A stretch of DNA of 64,000 nt from a virus (Duplodnaviria; Heunggongvirae; Uroviricota; Caudoviricetes): the IMG/VR virus record IMGVR_UViG_3300003973_000001, positions 1 to 64,000 of that record. One strand, written 5' to 3'. Both the position numbers and the translations under genes were made by a program. The stretch's first letter is position 1. Each line of letters begins with the position of its first letter. The notes below the pieces were generated by a model. It had not been told where the DNA came from. It was given only the letters and a program-made list of their open reading frames with translations, and searched no databases. Below are positions 16,902-27,189 of the stretch, one piece after another.

Positions 16902-17996
16902 TTATAAAATCTTTAATTCTACATCAATTCTATGCTCTATTACTTTTACATAAAGCATGAAAGCTGTTCCTTTAGGGATTGTTACGATATTTGAACAATA
17001 TCTAGCTCTTACTCCCTTATATTCTTTGATGGCAAGAACTCTATCTTTATACTTCCATAGTTGGATAGGAAGGTCATTTTTAACGCCCTTCTGACTTATC
17101 TCTAGAAACATTTTATCGTCTGGGATATCTTTGCACCAAACCTTCATAACGAAGTCTGAGGCGCGATTCATGCCCAATCCTTTAAACATGATTGGTCTTT
17201 CTTTTGGAACAACAATCCAATCATTGTCGAGATATTTATAGTTGTTACTATCCATACCATCGTCATCTACTTGCGGTGTACCTTCTACTTGCGTACCAAG
17301 AATCTGCTTTAAGTTGGATGCAATTCTAACGAATCCCTCTTCAGAATCGTTTCTAGTAGATATGACACCATTGATAGAAGGAACGATATATAGGGGAATG
17401 AATCTCTCTCTGTGAGAGTGGATGAACCCATTCGTAGTTTCTACGATACATTCTATAAAGTATCCTTTACTCTTCTCTAAGCCAGTTACTGTTTCCGATA
17501 GTCGATTCGGAGAATTTGTAGGCATTCTTAAAGGGAATTTCTGAATTACATCTTCATGCTCATCATATAGAATGAATCTATAATTCTTTACAGCCTCACC
17601 ATTCGCTTGTGAATACTTCGCTATGAAAGTTACGTTAGCATTGTACACATGTCCCAAACCATCAATATTATCAATGTCGAGAATAGGAGTTTTGACTGTC
17701 GCAAACACTACTTCTTGTGAATAAGGAGAGTATGTTGAATCAGAGAACTTTACTCTGATTTTTGCTACATATTTTTTACCATTTTGTAATGCCCCATCTG
17801 GTATGTGATGAACTCGCTCAAAGCTACTCCACTCATGGTCGTATACAGCCATACCTGTACTCTTGTCGTAGATATGGAGATTATTAACCATCGATTGCTG
17901 ACTTCCAGTGTATGTAAAATAAACACTAGTACCCTTGGTTGCATCAAACGGTTCTATTCTTTGTAAAAATGGTTGAATCTCTTGAACCTCTGCCAT
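16902..17996 (-). CDS. distal tail protein (Dit)-like
   Basis: Immediately downstream of the TMP. 364 aa. Confidence 0.5.
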   Translation of the reverse strand: MAEVQEIQPFLQRIEPFDATKGTSVYFTYTGSQQSMVNNLHIYDKSTGMAVYDHEWSSFERVHHIPDGALQNGKKYVAKIRVKFSDSTYSPYSQEVVFATVKTPILDIDNIDGLGHVYNANVTFIAKYSQANGEAVKNYRFILYDEHEDVIQKFPLRMPTNSPNRLSETVTGLEKSKGYFIECIVETTNGFIHSHRERFIPLYIVPSINGVISTRNDSEEGFVRIASNLKQILGTQVEGTPQVDDDGMDSNNYKYLDNDWIVVPKERPIMFKGLGMNRASDFVMKVWCKDIPDDKMFLEISQKGVKNDLPIQLWKYKDRVLAIKEYKGVRARYCSNIVTIPKGTAFMLYVKVIEHRIDVELKIL

Positions 17997-18011
17997 TTAA
18001 ACACCCTTTCT

Positions 18012-18030
18012 CTGCAAATCTTTTGCTTAA
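18012..18030 (-). promoter_or_regulatory. 19-bp motif class B (upstream of the Dit-like gene)
   Basis: ctgcaaatcttttgcttaa; RBS begins immediately after. Confidence 0.55.
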
Positions 18031-18060
18031 GAGGAGTGATTAAACTCCCCTAAGCATCAA

Positions 18061-21000
18061 TTATAGTTTATTCTTGCTTTTTTGTAAAGCAATTTGTGGA
18101 AGAGATAGAATCGCATCCTTAATTCCGTCAGCAGTCTTAATATTAGGGAATTCAATATTGTCGATAGTGATTTGAGTTGGAGAACTCGCAACACTTCTAG
18201 ATACCGCCTGTCCATTAAATGTGTTCGGCATTCGAGAAAGTAATGCATCCGCGAACACTTTCCCTAGCTCACTGCTGATTTCAGTAAATGTCTTTTTCAA
18301 TTCATTGTTAAAGTCATTAGAAATAGGCTTCATAATGTCTTTTACTGGTAATTTAGACAATACATCTTCGTTGCCTTTGATATACTTAGAATACGCATCT
18401 ACCAGTTCTTTAACATAGTCTGATTGGATTTGTGGAAAGTCTCCTAAGATAGACTCAAATGCATCTCCAAGTTTTCCAATTGCATCTTCAAACTCTTTAA
18501 CAGATTCGTAGTCGCCCTCTTTAGCATTAGAAAGAATCTTATCTAACTGACTCAAGTAATCCTCTTTTGCCTTCTCCTCCATTTTCTGAAGTTCTAGCTG
18601 AGCTTTCTCAAGGTCTTCTTTAGCCTTATCAAGTTCCTTCTGGTCTGCTTCATAAACCCAGTCCCATTGACCCAATTCATTCTGCTTTAACGTCTGAACT
18701 TTCTTCTCTTGGTTAAGATTATTAATCTTATTCTGAAGCTCAACAATATCAAGCTGTTTGTTTAGATAGTCCATTTCGAACTTGCTTAGCTTTTCCTGCT
18801 TGTCAAGAAGTGCTAATTTATCCTCGTTAATACTAGTGCCAAGGTCAGCCATTCTCTTATACATTTTCTCTAATGCAATTTCTCGTTCTAAACCTTCTAT
18901 CCATAATTCTTGATGTTGCTTCCAAGCCTTCTGAGTCTTGCCTCCGAAGAACTCTTTCTCCATTCTTCCAGTGATATTATCGAATGAGTTATCCATAATA
19001 CTCTTGTTAATCTGAAGCAGTTCTTTATTACTATCATTAAGTTGCTTATTGTATTGCTCAACTTGTGCATTGATTAGATTCCACTCGAAACTTCCTTTTT
19101 CATACAGACCAAGCTGTTGATTCAAGTAGTTTAGGGATTTTTTAATTTCAGCATTCTTGTTTTGCTCCACATTAAGCTGTTCGCCTAGAATAGTACCCTT
19201 TGTTGCTGTATTATTCTTGTCTAGTAAGTTAACGATACTTGTGAGGTAATCTAGACTAGCAGATGCCTTGTCATACTCTTTAACAGCTTTGCTAAGTAAA
19301 CTAAATTCAAATTCAAATCGCTTTTTAATAGAATCTTTGATACTATTTTGAGCGCCTACATTATCCTTTTCATAATTAACAATTTGCTGTTTAATTTTCT
19401 CTACTTGGTCATCTGTTAAACTTGTATCTTGTAACTGACGATTTAACTCTTCAATTGCCTCATTATTGCCCATAATATTAGCTCTCAGATACTTTTCTTG
19501 TATCTTCATACTATCGATAATATATTTGTTTGTAAGGGATTCTTTGTCATCTGGGCTGAAAGCTGAGGCAAGATTGCGCTCATACTCTTTTAAAAGTGAC
19601 GATTGCTCTTTCTGAACCTCTTTTATATACTTCGTAAGCTGTCCTGCTACAAGAGTACCGTAGCCTCTATCAATCTTATTAATGTCTCCCATATCTCCTA
19701 GTACTGAATATGATATTTTTGACATCGAGAAGTCTTGACCATTCTTATAGGCATTCTCTAAGCTTAAAAGTTGATTATACATTTGTTTGTTGATATCCAA
19801 TGTAGAATTGGCAACCCACTCTGTTCTCTCAACGTTTTTCTTAGCATATCCTGCCAATGCTTCTTGGACTTCTTTTTCAAGATTAATGCGCTCTATAGCC
19901 ATCTGCTGAAGTCTATTGTCTCTAGATAGGTCAAGCTCAGTAATATTGGAGCTATATAAGTCTCCAACTCCTGTTCTGCTTAAAAGACCATCTTGCAAGT
20001 TCTTTACAACATTATCAATCTTAGAGTTATTTTCATCGATTGCAGAATTAAATTTAGTCATATCTTCAGTAACACGACTAATTTCAATATCATTCATCGC
20101 TTGACGATACTTCATAACAGCATCTGCCTGAGCTAGAATTGCAGAACTAACCTTCTGTAGCTGAGACTGAATTGTAGAGCCATTCTCCTTGAATTGTACC
20201 GACATGGTAGATAATCGATTGAACTCATTAATCAATTCAGACATGTTCTGCTTAGACTCATTTAAAGCTCTTGCATTAAGATGTAGAGCAAGCTCCTTAT
20301 CTTGTGAACCAACGAATCCAAGCTTCTTAGAAGTTATAGTGTCAGAGTTTGTTACTTTTGTAAGTACCGCATCTACTCTCTTCATTACAGGTTCAAGTTT
20401 TTTCAGTTCTTCAGCGATTCTAGATTTTTCAATCGTGTCATCTAAGCCTTTTATATTAGAGTTTAGAGTAGCAATTGTATCTTGTAAGCCATTCATCTCC
20501 CCAAACAAAGACTTCCATCTATTAAGAAGTTCCTCAGCCTTTTGAGCCGACTCCCCTTTGAGACCTCTAGCATGGTCAAGGTTATTGATTTTATTAGAGT
20601 TTGTATCTACTGAGAACCCATAACCTCTAAGCTTATTAAGGATATCATTCATCTCATTATCTTTACTGCTATATAAAGATTGATTATAAGAGATTTGTTG
20701 ACGCATCAGAGATTGCTGTTGTTTATAAAGCTGAATAAGTTTCGTTTGGTCGTCTTTTGCATCAGTGATTGCACGAGTAAGCTCTTTTAATTGCTTCTCA
20801 AGGTCTCCACCTCTATATGTTTCTTGCCCCCAGTAGCGCCAAACAGCTTCGCTCACCGTAGCATTCTCATTCGCAGAGTTATCTCTGTCTGAATTATATT
20901 TAGAAACACCAGATACGCTTCTACCAACGCCTTTTACTGGAACTCCATTGGCGCTTATAGAAGAGCTTCGACTAGAAGAGACATTTGCTACACTTGAAGA

Positions 21001-24000
21001 TTTACCTTGCTCTGGAGTAGCTGATACAGACTTGTCAACTTTCGCACCAGTTCCACTTCCTGCAACTTTGTCCAACCAACTCTTAGCCGATTTAGCCTGT
21101 TCGATTATCCAGTCAAGACCTTTAGCAACAACGGTAGTTACAACTTCTTTAGGAATTTCACCGTACTTTGTATTAAGAATACCAATCTTCTTTTCTGTTT
21201 CTGAGGCTTGCTTTCCGCTTCCCTTAATTTCCGCTTGAACCTCTTTCTCCGCACCTATATGATTACCAATGGCTATAAGAGCTTCTTCAGCAGTCTTAAT
21301 AGTTGTGCCTTTTTCTTTTATCTTAGCATCAATATTATTCTGAATTTCTTTTTGTAAATTTTTGTCAGCCGCGATTTTCTCTGGAGCAATACCTGCATAT
21401 TGTTGAAGTTCCGCACCTAAAAGTTCGGTTTCTTCTTTAGAAAGTGCAGTTCCTTCAGCAACCTTTTTCTGAACATTAGCTAAATCATCAGAAGATTTAC
21501 GCATATTGCGGTACTGAGCAATCATGGCAGGATAAACCGTAGTAGCTTGCTCTGCTGTTAAGTTAGAAGCCTTCATATTCTTACCTTGTTTTAAAAGTGC
21601 TTCCGCAGATGCATTGATAGAATGTTGTGCAGTTTCATATTCTTTACCTGCAGTGTTGATTTTCTTACCTAATCCATCGTATTCACCTTGCAAAGTCTTA
21701 AGTGTTGCTTGCCACATTTTACGCTTTTGGTCATCTTCTGGAGACGTTCCTAACTTGCCCATAGCCTCTTCAATCTCATTCATCTTCTTCTTGACGTTAT
21801 CTTGCTCACCTTTTAACTCTGCAATAGTTTGCTTGGATGTTTCAAGCTTTTCCCAGTCTCCAGTCATCTGGGAAACGATTTCAACAGTAGATTTCTCAGC
21901 TAACTTATCTTTTCTCTTTTGCAACTCATCTATCTTAGACTGAATTTCATCGTAGTTGTTAAATGTAAGCTTAATATCTATCCCAAGGTCTTGACCTTGT
22001 TTTTCTATCTCTTCTTTAATTTTCACAAACTCATCTTGTTCCAACCAAGATTGCGTACCTTCTTGGTTAGGGTCTTTATCGGTTTGTCTTGCCTTGTCTA
22101 GCTTCTCTTGTAACTTATCAAGGTTGGCTTGAGTCTTTTCAATCATACCGTTGACAATAAAGTTTGTTGCTTCGAATTTCTTAACCGACTGGTCGTACTC
22201 TAGAGCTTGTTTTTCAGCGCTCTTAAATAGGTTGTCGTAAGCCTTACCCATATTTTCAAATACAGGAACTCCAACGAAATCTAGTAATAGCAAGGCATCC
22301 CCAACTAAAGGAATCATGCCAAGTACCTTACCAATCCCCTTACCTACTGCAGAAATCTTGCTACTGGTCGCATCCAACGCTGTACTTGCATTTGTTGCGC
22401 TTTGAACAGCATTTCTAGTACCATTATTTCTGTCAGCATCAGCGTTGTTGTTACTATTATTATTTCTGCCACCAGAGTTAACGTTTCTTGAACCGCCATT
22501 ATTAATATCTACAGTAGATACATTGGCTAATCTTGCCTCTTGATTATATCTCCGCTGTGCATTTGTTGCATCGCCAATTTTACCTGTAAGAGTTCCAAAG
22601 TAATTACCTACTTGAGACAGGTCTCTCATAATATTACCTGCACCAGTTCTCATAGTGTCTGTTAACTGTCTCATACCATTGCTCATAGCATGGATACCAA
22701 CAGCAAATGCAGTGAACTTTAAAGCTTCCATGAACTTCTCATTCGTTGCTACATCTGCAAGCTTTTGAAGTGCCACAGTTACAGCATCAACTAATCCTGT
22801 AAGACCTGTAGAATTTCCGATATTATTCATTAATTCCATCCAAGCGTTCTTTAACTCTACTAACTTGAACTTAAGAGATGATGCCTGTTTCGCATGCTCT
22901 AGGTATGCAGAACCATTTGTACCTTGACCAAGTTGGTTATTCGTTTCTCCTGCAACCTGTTCAACTCGTTCCCATTGGTCGATGATACCACCAAGAATTT
23001 CGGCATGCTCCTTACCTGCTAGATAGAATTTTGCAGTACCTTTTTGTTCTTGAGAAAGAGAATCCCACTTTTTAACTAGGTCTCCTAAGATTGCATCACC
23101 TTCACGCATCTGACCATTAGAATCTTTAAAGTCTACTCCGATTTGTTTGAACCATCCAAATTTCTTTTGAGTATCTGGAGTCAACTGAGAAGTGATATTA
23201 GTCATGTTCATGGCAATCGTCTTAATACCTGTACCAATACGTTCCCCACCCTTACGAGTAGCCTCCTGCGCTCCTGTAATCATACCTGTTAAGTATCCAA
23301 AGTCGATACCAGTATCTTTTGCAGTATTTGCAGAACGAACATAAGCTTTCCCAAGGTCATCCATTTCGATGGCATGGTTATTGGCAGTTTCGTTCATTAC
23401 GTTGATTACGTCATTGGTTTCAAGACCCTGCTTTTTGAACGCGTTTAATGGAACTGACATGTATTTAACCATGTCGTCTGGCTTTAAGTTACCTACGAAA
23501 GAACCGACTAGCGATACTTTCGCTTTCTCTTGAGCCTGCATAAATGTCTCACCAGATGTTACCCACGTTTCTACAGCCTTCATATAATCAGAGGCAGTTA
23601 CCCCTAAAGTAGAACCTACATCAAAGGCTGTATCTTTAAAGCTATTTAAATCGGCTTCTGATGCCTGTGCAACCTTAGACACACCAATAAACGCTTCATC
23701 AAGCTCTTTCATTGGCTCTATAATAGCTCGAATAGCTTGCTCGGCATTTGCATATGCAGAATAGAAATCAATAACACCATGAGCATCGTTACTCATTCTA
23801 TCTCTCTCTCTGGCTTCCGAGCGAAGACGATTTAATCTTTGTTGGGCATCTTGAGCCTGTTCAATAGCATGAATTTCTCTCATTCGTTCTTGCACAAGTG
23901 AATTTTGGGCTGACAGTGATGCTTTCATTGCTTCAGCTTTTGACTTTTCTCCAGAAAGCGCTCTTTCAATCTCAGCTCTTTCTCTTGTGCCTGCGAAAGC

Positions 24001-25563
24001 TAAATCTCTACTAAGCTGATTAATGTTTCGCATTACAGTTTCATATTCTTTAAGTTTAGCAGTAACCGCATCTTGCTCTGCTCTATGTTTAGCTGTAATT
24101 TGGCTACGTTCCATCTCTCGCTGATTAATCTTGCCTGTCTCAGTTAATTGCTTCTGCATTTCGCGAGTAACAAGCTGAACACTTTCAAACATTTGTCTGT
24201 TTGCCTGTTGGTTTCGTTCTGCCAGTACAAGTTGTTCACGCAATGCTCTTAATTGAGAATTCTCTGCAACGCCTGCGTTCCCCATACTCTTTTTAGTATC
24301 TAACTCAGCAATTTTCATCTTTAAGCGATGAACATCTTGAAGGTCTGCTTTCATAACAGCTAGAGCTTCTTTTTGTTCCTGTTTGGTTTTTCTTTCTTCT
24401 TCAGTAAGCTTCTTGGCATCAGCCAATGCTTGCTTTTTAGCTTCAGCTTGTTGGACTTGCAACATACCAATCGTTCTGAGATTGTCCATCTCATCTTTTT
24501 GAGCAGAGGTCATCTTATCTTGGAGATTATGTTTCTCTTTAATCTTATTTTGAGCCTTCTCATAATAACCGAACAACTCTTGCTGAGAAGCCTTTTCTTT
24601 CTCTGTCGCATTAACCATTTGTACAGCAAGAGCATTTTTCTTAGCTTCTAATTGAGCAATTTTTGATACAGCCTGTGCAATTTCATTATTAGCTTGCTTC
24701 TCCTGTTGTTTTAACGCCAATAGCATCTTGGTTTCTAACGCAACCTCTTGTTGACGTTTAAGCTCCGCCATAGAGCCATGCTGAAGGTCGAGTGCGCCAT
24801 ACTGATATTTCTGTTTGAATTGGTCTGACAAGATTCCCAATTGCTCTTTTTGAATACCGCGTTCTCTCTCAAGTATTTGGAAATGTTTCCCTTGTGCGTT
24901 TACCTGTTCCATCTCAATCTGATGGATTCTTCTAGCAACACCTTCAAGTTCTTTCATGGCTTTTAATCTATCTTCAACAACCTTTACGTCACTTGTTCCA
25001 TCTGGTTTATTAGTTGTCGTCTTGGATACGCCAGAGCCAACATTCTCTGTTACAACTTTTGTTTTTAACGTTGTAGTACTGCCATCTTGATTTCTAACCT
25101 GTCTAGACAGAGTACTAATTTTTGCCCATGCGCCTGCTTGCTCTTTTAACGCTTCCGTTTCGCCCTTAGTTTTAGACTTAAGGCTGTCCATAGCATCATT
25201 CATTCGTTTTGCGTCACTAAGAACTTCTTTTAGAGGAGCGTCTAAATCAATGCCTTTGACATCTATTTTTAATTCACGCTTCTTGGTTAGCTCTTGGTCG
25301 AGCTGTTTCAACTCTCTATGGAAAGTGTTTACAGCTTTTAAAGCATCGCTAACATCTGCCTTTAATTTAATTTCAAAGGCATCTTCTTTCAAAGCTGTTT
25401 TAATTTTAGCTCTTGCACTTTTTAGACTATTACCATCAATGTCAATGTTAATCTTACCTTCGAAACCATTCTTAACTTTTGCCCATTTCTGAGCTAATTG
25501 AGCCTGTAGTTCTCCAACCGTAGGGAATTCGACACCGACTTCAATTCCTATCTTATTTGACAC
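18061..25563 (-). CDS. tail tape-measure protein (about 2500 aa)
   Basis: Giant coiled-coil Q/E/K-rich protein with a central hydrophobic/glycine region. The track start (TTG at 25590) lies inside the 19-bp motif. A GTG at 25561-63, 10 nt after an AGGAAGG RBS, is more plausible. Confidence 0.85.
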   Translation of the reverse strand: MSNKIGIEVGVEFPTVGELQAQLAQKWAKVKNGFEGKINIDIDGNSLKSARAKIKTALKEDAFEIKLKADVSDALKAVNTFHRELKQLDQELTKKRELKIDVKGIDLDAPLKEVLSDAKRMNDAMDSLKSKTKGETEALKEQAGAWAKISTLSRQVRNQDGSTTTLKTKVVTENVGSGVSKTTTNKPDGTSDVKVVEDRLKAMKELEGVARRIHQIEMEQVNAQGKHFQILERERGIQKEQLGILSDQFKQKYQYGALDLQHGSMAELKRQQEVALETKMLLALKQQEKQANNEIAQAVSKIAQLEAKKNALAVQMVNATEKEKASQQELFGYYEKAQNKIKEKHNLQDKMTSAQKDEMDNLRTIGMLQVQQAEAKKQALADAKKLTEEERKTKQEQKEALAVMKADLQDVHRLKMKIAELDTKKSMGNAGVAENSQLRALREQLVLAERNQQANRQMFESVQLVTREMQKQLTETGKINQREMERSQITAKHRAEQDAVTAKLKEYETVMRNINQLSRDLAFAGTRERAEIERALSGEKSKAEAMKASLSAQNSLVQERMREIHAIEQAQDAQQRLNRLRSEARERDRMSNDAHGVIDFYSAYANAEQAIRAIIEPMKELDEAFIGVSKVAQASEADLNSFKDTAFDVGSTLGVTASDYMKAVETWVTSGETFMQAQEKAKVSLVGSFVGNLKPDDMVKYMSVPLNAFKKQGLETNDVINVMNETANNHAIEMDDLGKAYVRSANTAKDTGIDFGYLTGMITGAQEATRKGGERIGTGIKTIAMNMTNITSQLTPDTQKKFGWFKQIGVDFKDSNGQMREGDAILGDLVKKWDSLSQEQKGTAKFYLAGKEHAEILGGIIDQWERVEQVAGETNNQLGQGTNGSAYLEHAKQASSLKFKLVELKNAWMELMNNIGNSTGLTGLVDAVTVALQKLADVATNEKFMEALKFTAFAVGIHAMSNGMRQLTDTMRTGAGNIMRDLSQVGNYFGTLTGKIGDATNAQRRYNQEARLANVSTVDINNGGSRNVNSGGRNNNSNNNADADRNNGTRNAVQSATNASTALDATSSKISAVGKGIGKVLGMIPLVGDALLLLDFVGVPVFENMGKAYDNLFKSAEKQALEYDQSVKKFEATNFIVNGMIEKTQANLDKLQEKLDKARQTDKDPNQEGTQSWLEQDEFVKIKEEIEKQGQDLGIDIKLTFNNYDEIQSKIDELQKRKDKLAEKSTVEIVSQMTGDWEKLETSKQTIAELKGEQDNVKKKMNEIEEAMGKLGTSPEDDQKRKMWQATLKTLQGEYDGLGKKINTAGKEYETAQHSINASAEALLKQGKNMKASNLTAEQATTVYPAMIAQYRNMRKSSDDLANVQKKVAEGTALSKEETELLGAELQQYAGIAPEKIAADKNLQKEIQNNIDAKIKEKGTTIKTAEEALIAIGNHIGAEKEVQAEIKGSGKQASETEKKIGILNTKYGEIPKEVVTTVVAKGLDWIIEQAKSAKSWLDKVAGSGTGAKVDKSVSATPEQGKSSSVANVSSSRSSSISANGVPVKGVGRSVSGVSKYNSDRDNSANENATVSEAVWRYWGQETYRGGDLEKQLKELTRAITDAKDDQTKLIQLYKQQQSLMRQQISYNQSLYSSKDNEMNDILNKLRGYGFSVDTNSNKINNLDHARGLKGESAQKAEELLNRWKSLFGEMNGLQDTIATLNSNIKGLDDTIEKSRIAEELKKLEPVMKRVDAVLTKVTNSDTITSKKLGFVGSQDKELALHLNARALNESKQNMSELINEFNRLSTMSVQFKENGSTIQSQLQKVSSAILAQADAVMKYRQAMNDIEISRVTEDMTKFNSAIDENNSKIDNVVKNLQDGLLSRTGVGDLYSSNITELDLSRDNRLQQMAIERINLEKEVQEALAGYAKKNVERTEWVANSTLDINKQMYNQLLSLENAYKNGQDFSMSKISYSVLGDMGDINKIDRGYGTLVAGQLTKYIKEVQKEQSSLLKEYERNLASAFSPDDKESLTNKYIIDSMKIQEKYLRANIMGNNEAIEELNRQLQDTSLTDDQVEKIKQQIVNYEKDNVGAQNSIKDSIKKRFEFEFSLLSKAVKEYDKASASLDYLTSIVNLLDKNNTATKGTILGEQLNVEQNKNAEIKKSLNYLNQQLGLYEKGSFEWNLINAQVEQYNKQLNDSNKELLQINKSIMDNSFDNITGRMEKEFFGGKTQKAWKQHQELWIEGLEREIALEKMYKRMADLGTSINEDKLALLDKQEKLSKFEMDYLNKQLDIVELQNKINNLNQEKKVQTLKQNELGQWDWVYEADQKELDKAKEDLEKAQLELQKMEEKAKEDYLSQLDKILSNAKEGDYESVKEFEDAIGKLGDAFESILGDFPQIQSDYVKELVDAYSKYIKGNEDVLSKLPVKDIMKPISNDFNNELKKTFTEISSELGKVFADALLSRMPNTFNGQAVSRSVASSPTQITIDNIEFPNIKTADGIKDAILSLPQIALQKSKNKL

Positions 25564-25584
25564 TAAGCTAACACCTTCCTTTTT

Positions 25585-25603
25585 CTGCAATACTTTAGTT
25601 TAA
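25585..25603 (-). promoter_or_regulatory. 19-bp motif class A variant (upstream of TMP)
   Basis: ctgcaatactttagtttaa. Confidence 0.5.
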
Positions 25604-25612
25604 GAGAGGATA

Positions 25613-26644
25613 TTACTCCTCCCTGTTTTTCTCTCTGAGCTTCTTCATCTTATCGCGAATCTCAGCCTTAGACTTAGGTTTCACATAATGTTTTTGAGTT
25701 GTGCTAACATCGGAATGGTTAAGAAATTCCTGAGCTAATGTTAAATCCCCTGTTTCATCAACGATTCTATTTCCTGCTGTTTTACGAAGACAGTGAGGGT
25801 GTAAGTCTGGTAATCCTAAGATAGTACCAATCTTTCTAACTCGCATATAAATTGAAGTCTGAGACATCTTTTTATATTCTCCATCTTTCTTAACAAGGAA
25901 AATTCCATCGCATTCTAGATTATCCATAGACTCACGTTTTACCTTCCACTCTTCTAGCAACTTAGCAGAACCTTCTTCAAAAGCAACCTCTACCATCTTA
26001 CCGCGCTTCTCTCTGATATCTAAGAACATCATATTCTCGGCATCTAAACTAGACCACGTAAGCTTAGAAATAGCTCCATTTCGGTTTCCACTTTCAATCA
26101 TGATATGCCAGATTAATAGGTCTTGAATATCAAACTTTCTTCCCTTTTCTTTCTGGTAATCTTCATGAAGATATTTTGTTACAACATCAATCTGCTCTTG
26201 ATTTAAGAAGTAGTGGTTAATAAGCTTTTCATCATTAGCACCCTTCATTCTGTCTAGCTTTCTATCAAATGGATGAGCCTCGATAATACCTCGCTTCATA
26301 GCCCATAAGTAGTAACTAGATACAGCAGAAAGCTTTGTGTTAATTACTTTCTTGTTATTACCAAGCGTATCTTGACAGAAGCCAATGTACCCTTCCATAA
26401 TATCTACAGCATTTTCCATATACTCTTCATCATGAATGAAAATGTTTTCCCATTCCTCTTCCATGTATACAAGGAATTGATTGAAGTAATTTTGGTAAAC
26501 CTTGTAAGTTGTCTCTTTCACATCTTTGTTCTTAATAATGTTGGAGCGAAGGTATTTTTCATAAGCTTTAACACTCTTCTGATTAACCTTTGCCAACTTA
26601 TCTTTTGTAAAATAACGTTTATAAACTCGTTTCTGAGCCATCAA
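25613..26644 (-). CDS. tyrosine site-specific recombinase/integrase
   Basis: Catalytic signature: R (GNRNGA), HxxR (LHPHCLRK), H...Y (QKHY). Confidence 0.8.
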   Translation of the reverse strand: MMAQKRVYKRYFTKDKLAKVNQKSVKAYEKYLRSNIIKNKDVKETTYKVYQNYFNQFLVYMEEEWENIFIHDEEYMENAVDIMEGYIGFCQDTLGNNKKVINTKLSAVSSYYLWAMKRGIIEAHPFDRKLDRMKGANDEKLINHYFLNQEQIDVVTKYLHEDYQKEKGRKFDIQDLLIWHIMIESGNRNGAISKLTWSSLDAENMMFLDIREKRGKMVEVAFEEGSAKLLEEWKVKRESMDNLECDGIFLVKKDGEYKKMSQTSIYMRVRKIGTILGLPDLHPHCLRKTAGNRIVDETGDLTLAQEFLNHSDVSTTQKHYVKPKSKAEIRDKMKKLREKNREE

Positions 26645-26685
26645 TACACCTCTATTCTTGAGTAGTATGATAGCCTCCTAAATTC

Positions 26686-27189
26686 CTAAAATACCTTTAC
26701 GTCCCATCCTTCTCTACGAAGAGCCATTGCTAACTCTTTAGGAATGTCAGCGTCTAATTTATGGTAAGATTTCTCCATATAATGAGCGCCATCTCTATCC
26801 CATAAAGAACCACTTGTACCTTCTTCAACCCACATTGGAATGTATTCGCTAGTATCTTCTGTATATGAAACATCCGCATGGGCATTCCATCCGACTCCAC
26901 CAAAAGCTCCATTTCTGTTATGAGCATTGATTTTATCTGTATCCATAATGATTTCAAATGTAGCGAATTTAGTTCCAATTTTCAGATTATCGATGGTCAC
27001 ACTATTCATTAATTCGAACGTTCTATCATAGGCGTATTCACCTTGAGGCACATACGTGTCATAAACATTCTTCTTTACATTCTCCTGCACAACTTTGATG
27101 CAGATGTTTGTAATCTGATTCTGTATAGTATCGATAATGGAACGTTTTAGGTGAGCATGAAGAGCAGAGACACTATCGAACTTCCGCAC
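26686..27189 (-). CDS. hypothetical protein
   Basis: GTG start with GAGGTA RBS. Overlaps the upstream gene by 17 nt. Confidence 0.5.
   Translation of the reverse strand: MRKFDSVSALHAHLKRSIIDTIQNQITNICIKVVQENVKKNVYDTYVPQGEYAYDRTFELMNSVTIDNLKIGTKFATFEIIMDTDKINAHNRNGAFGGVGWNAHADVSYTEDTSEYIPMWVEEGTSGSLWDRDGAHYMEKSYHKLDADIPKELAMALRREGWDVKVF

Noticed and set aside
20189-22101. Several plus-strand ORFs (118, 96, 109, 60 aa) inside the tape-measure gene
   Set aside because: They are antisense to a 2500-aa coding region, have no RBS, and their composition is what the opposite strand of an E/K/Q-rich gene gives by chance.
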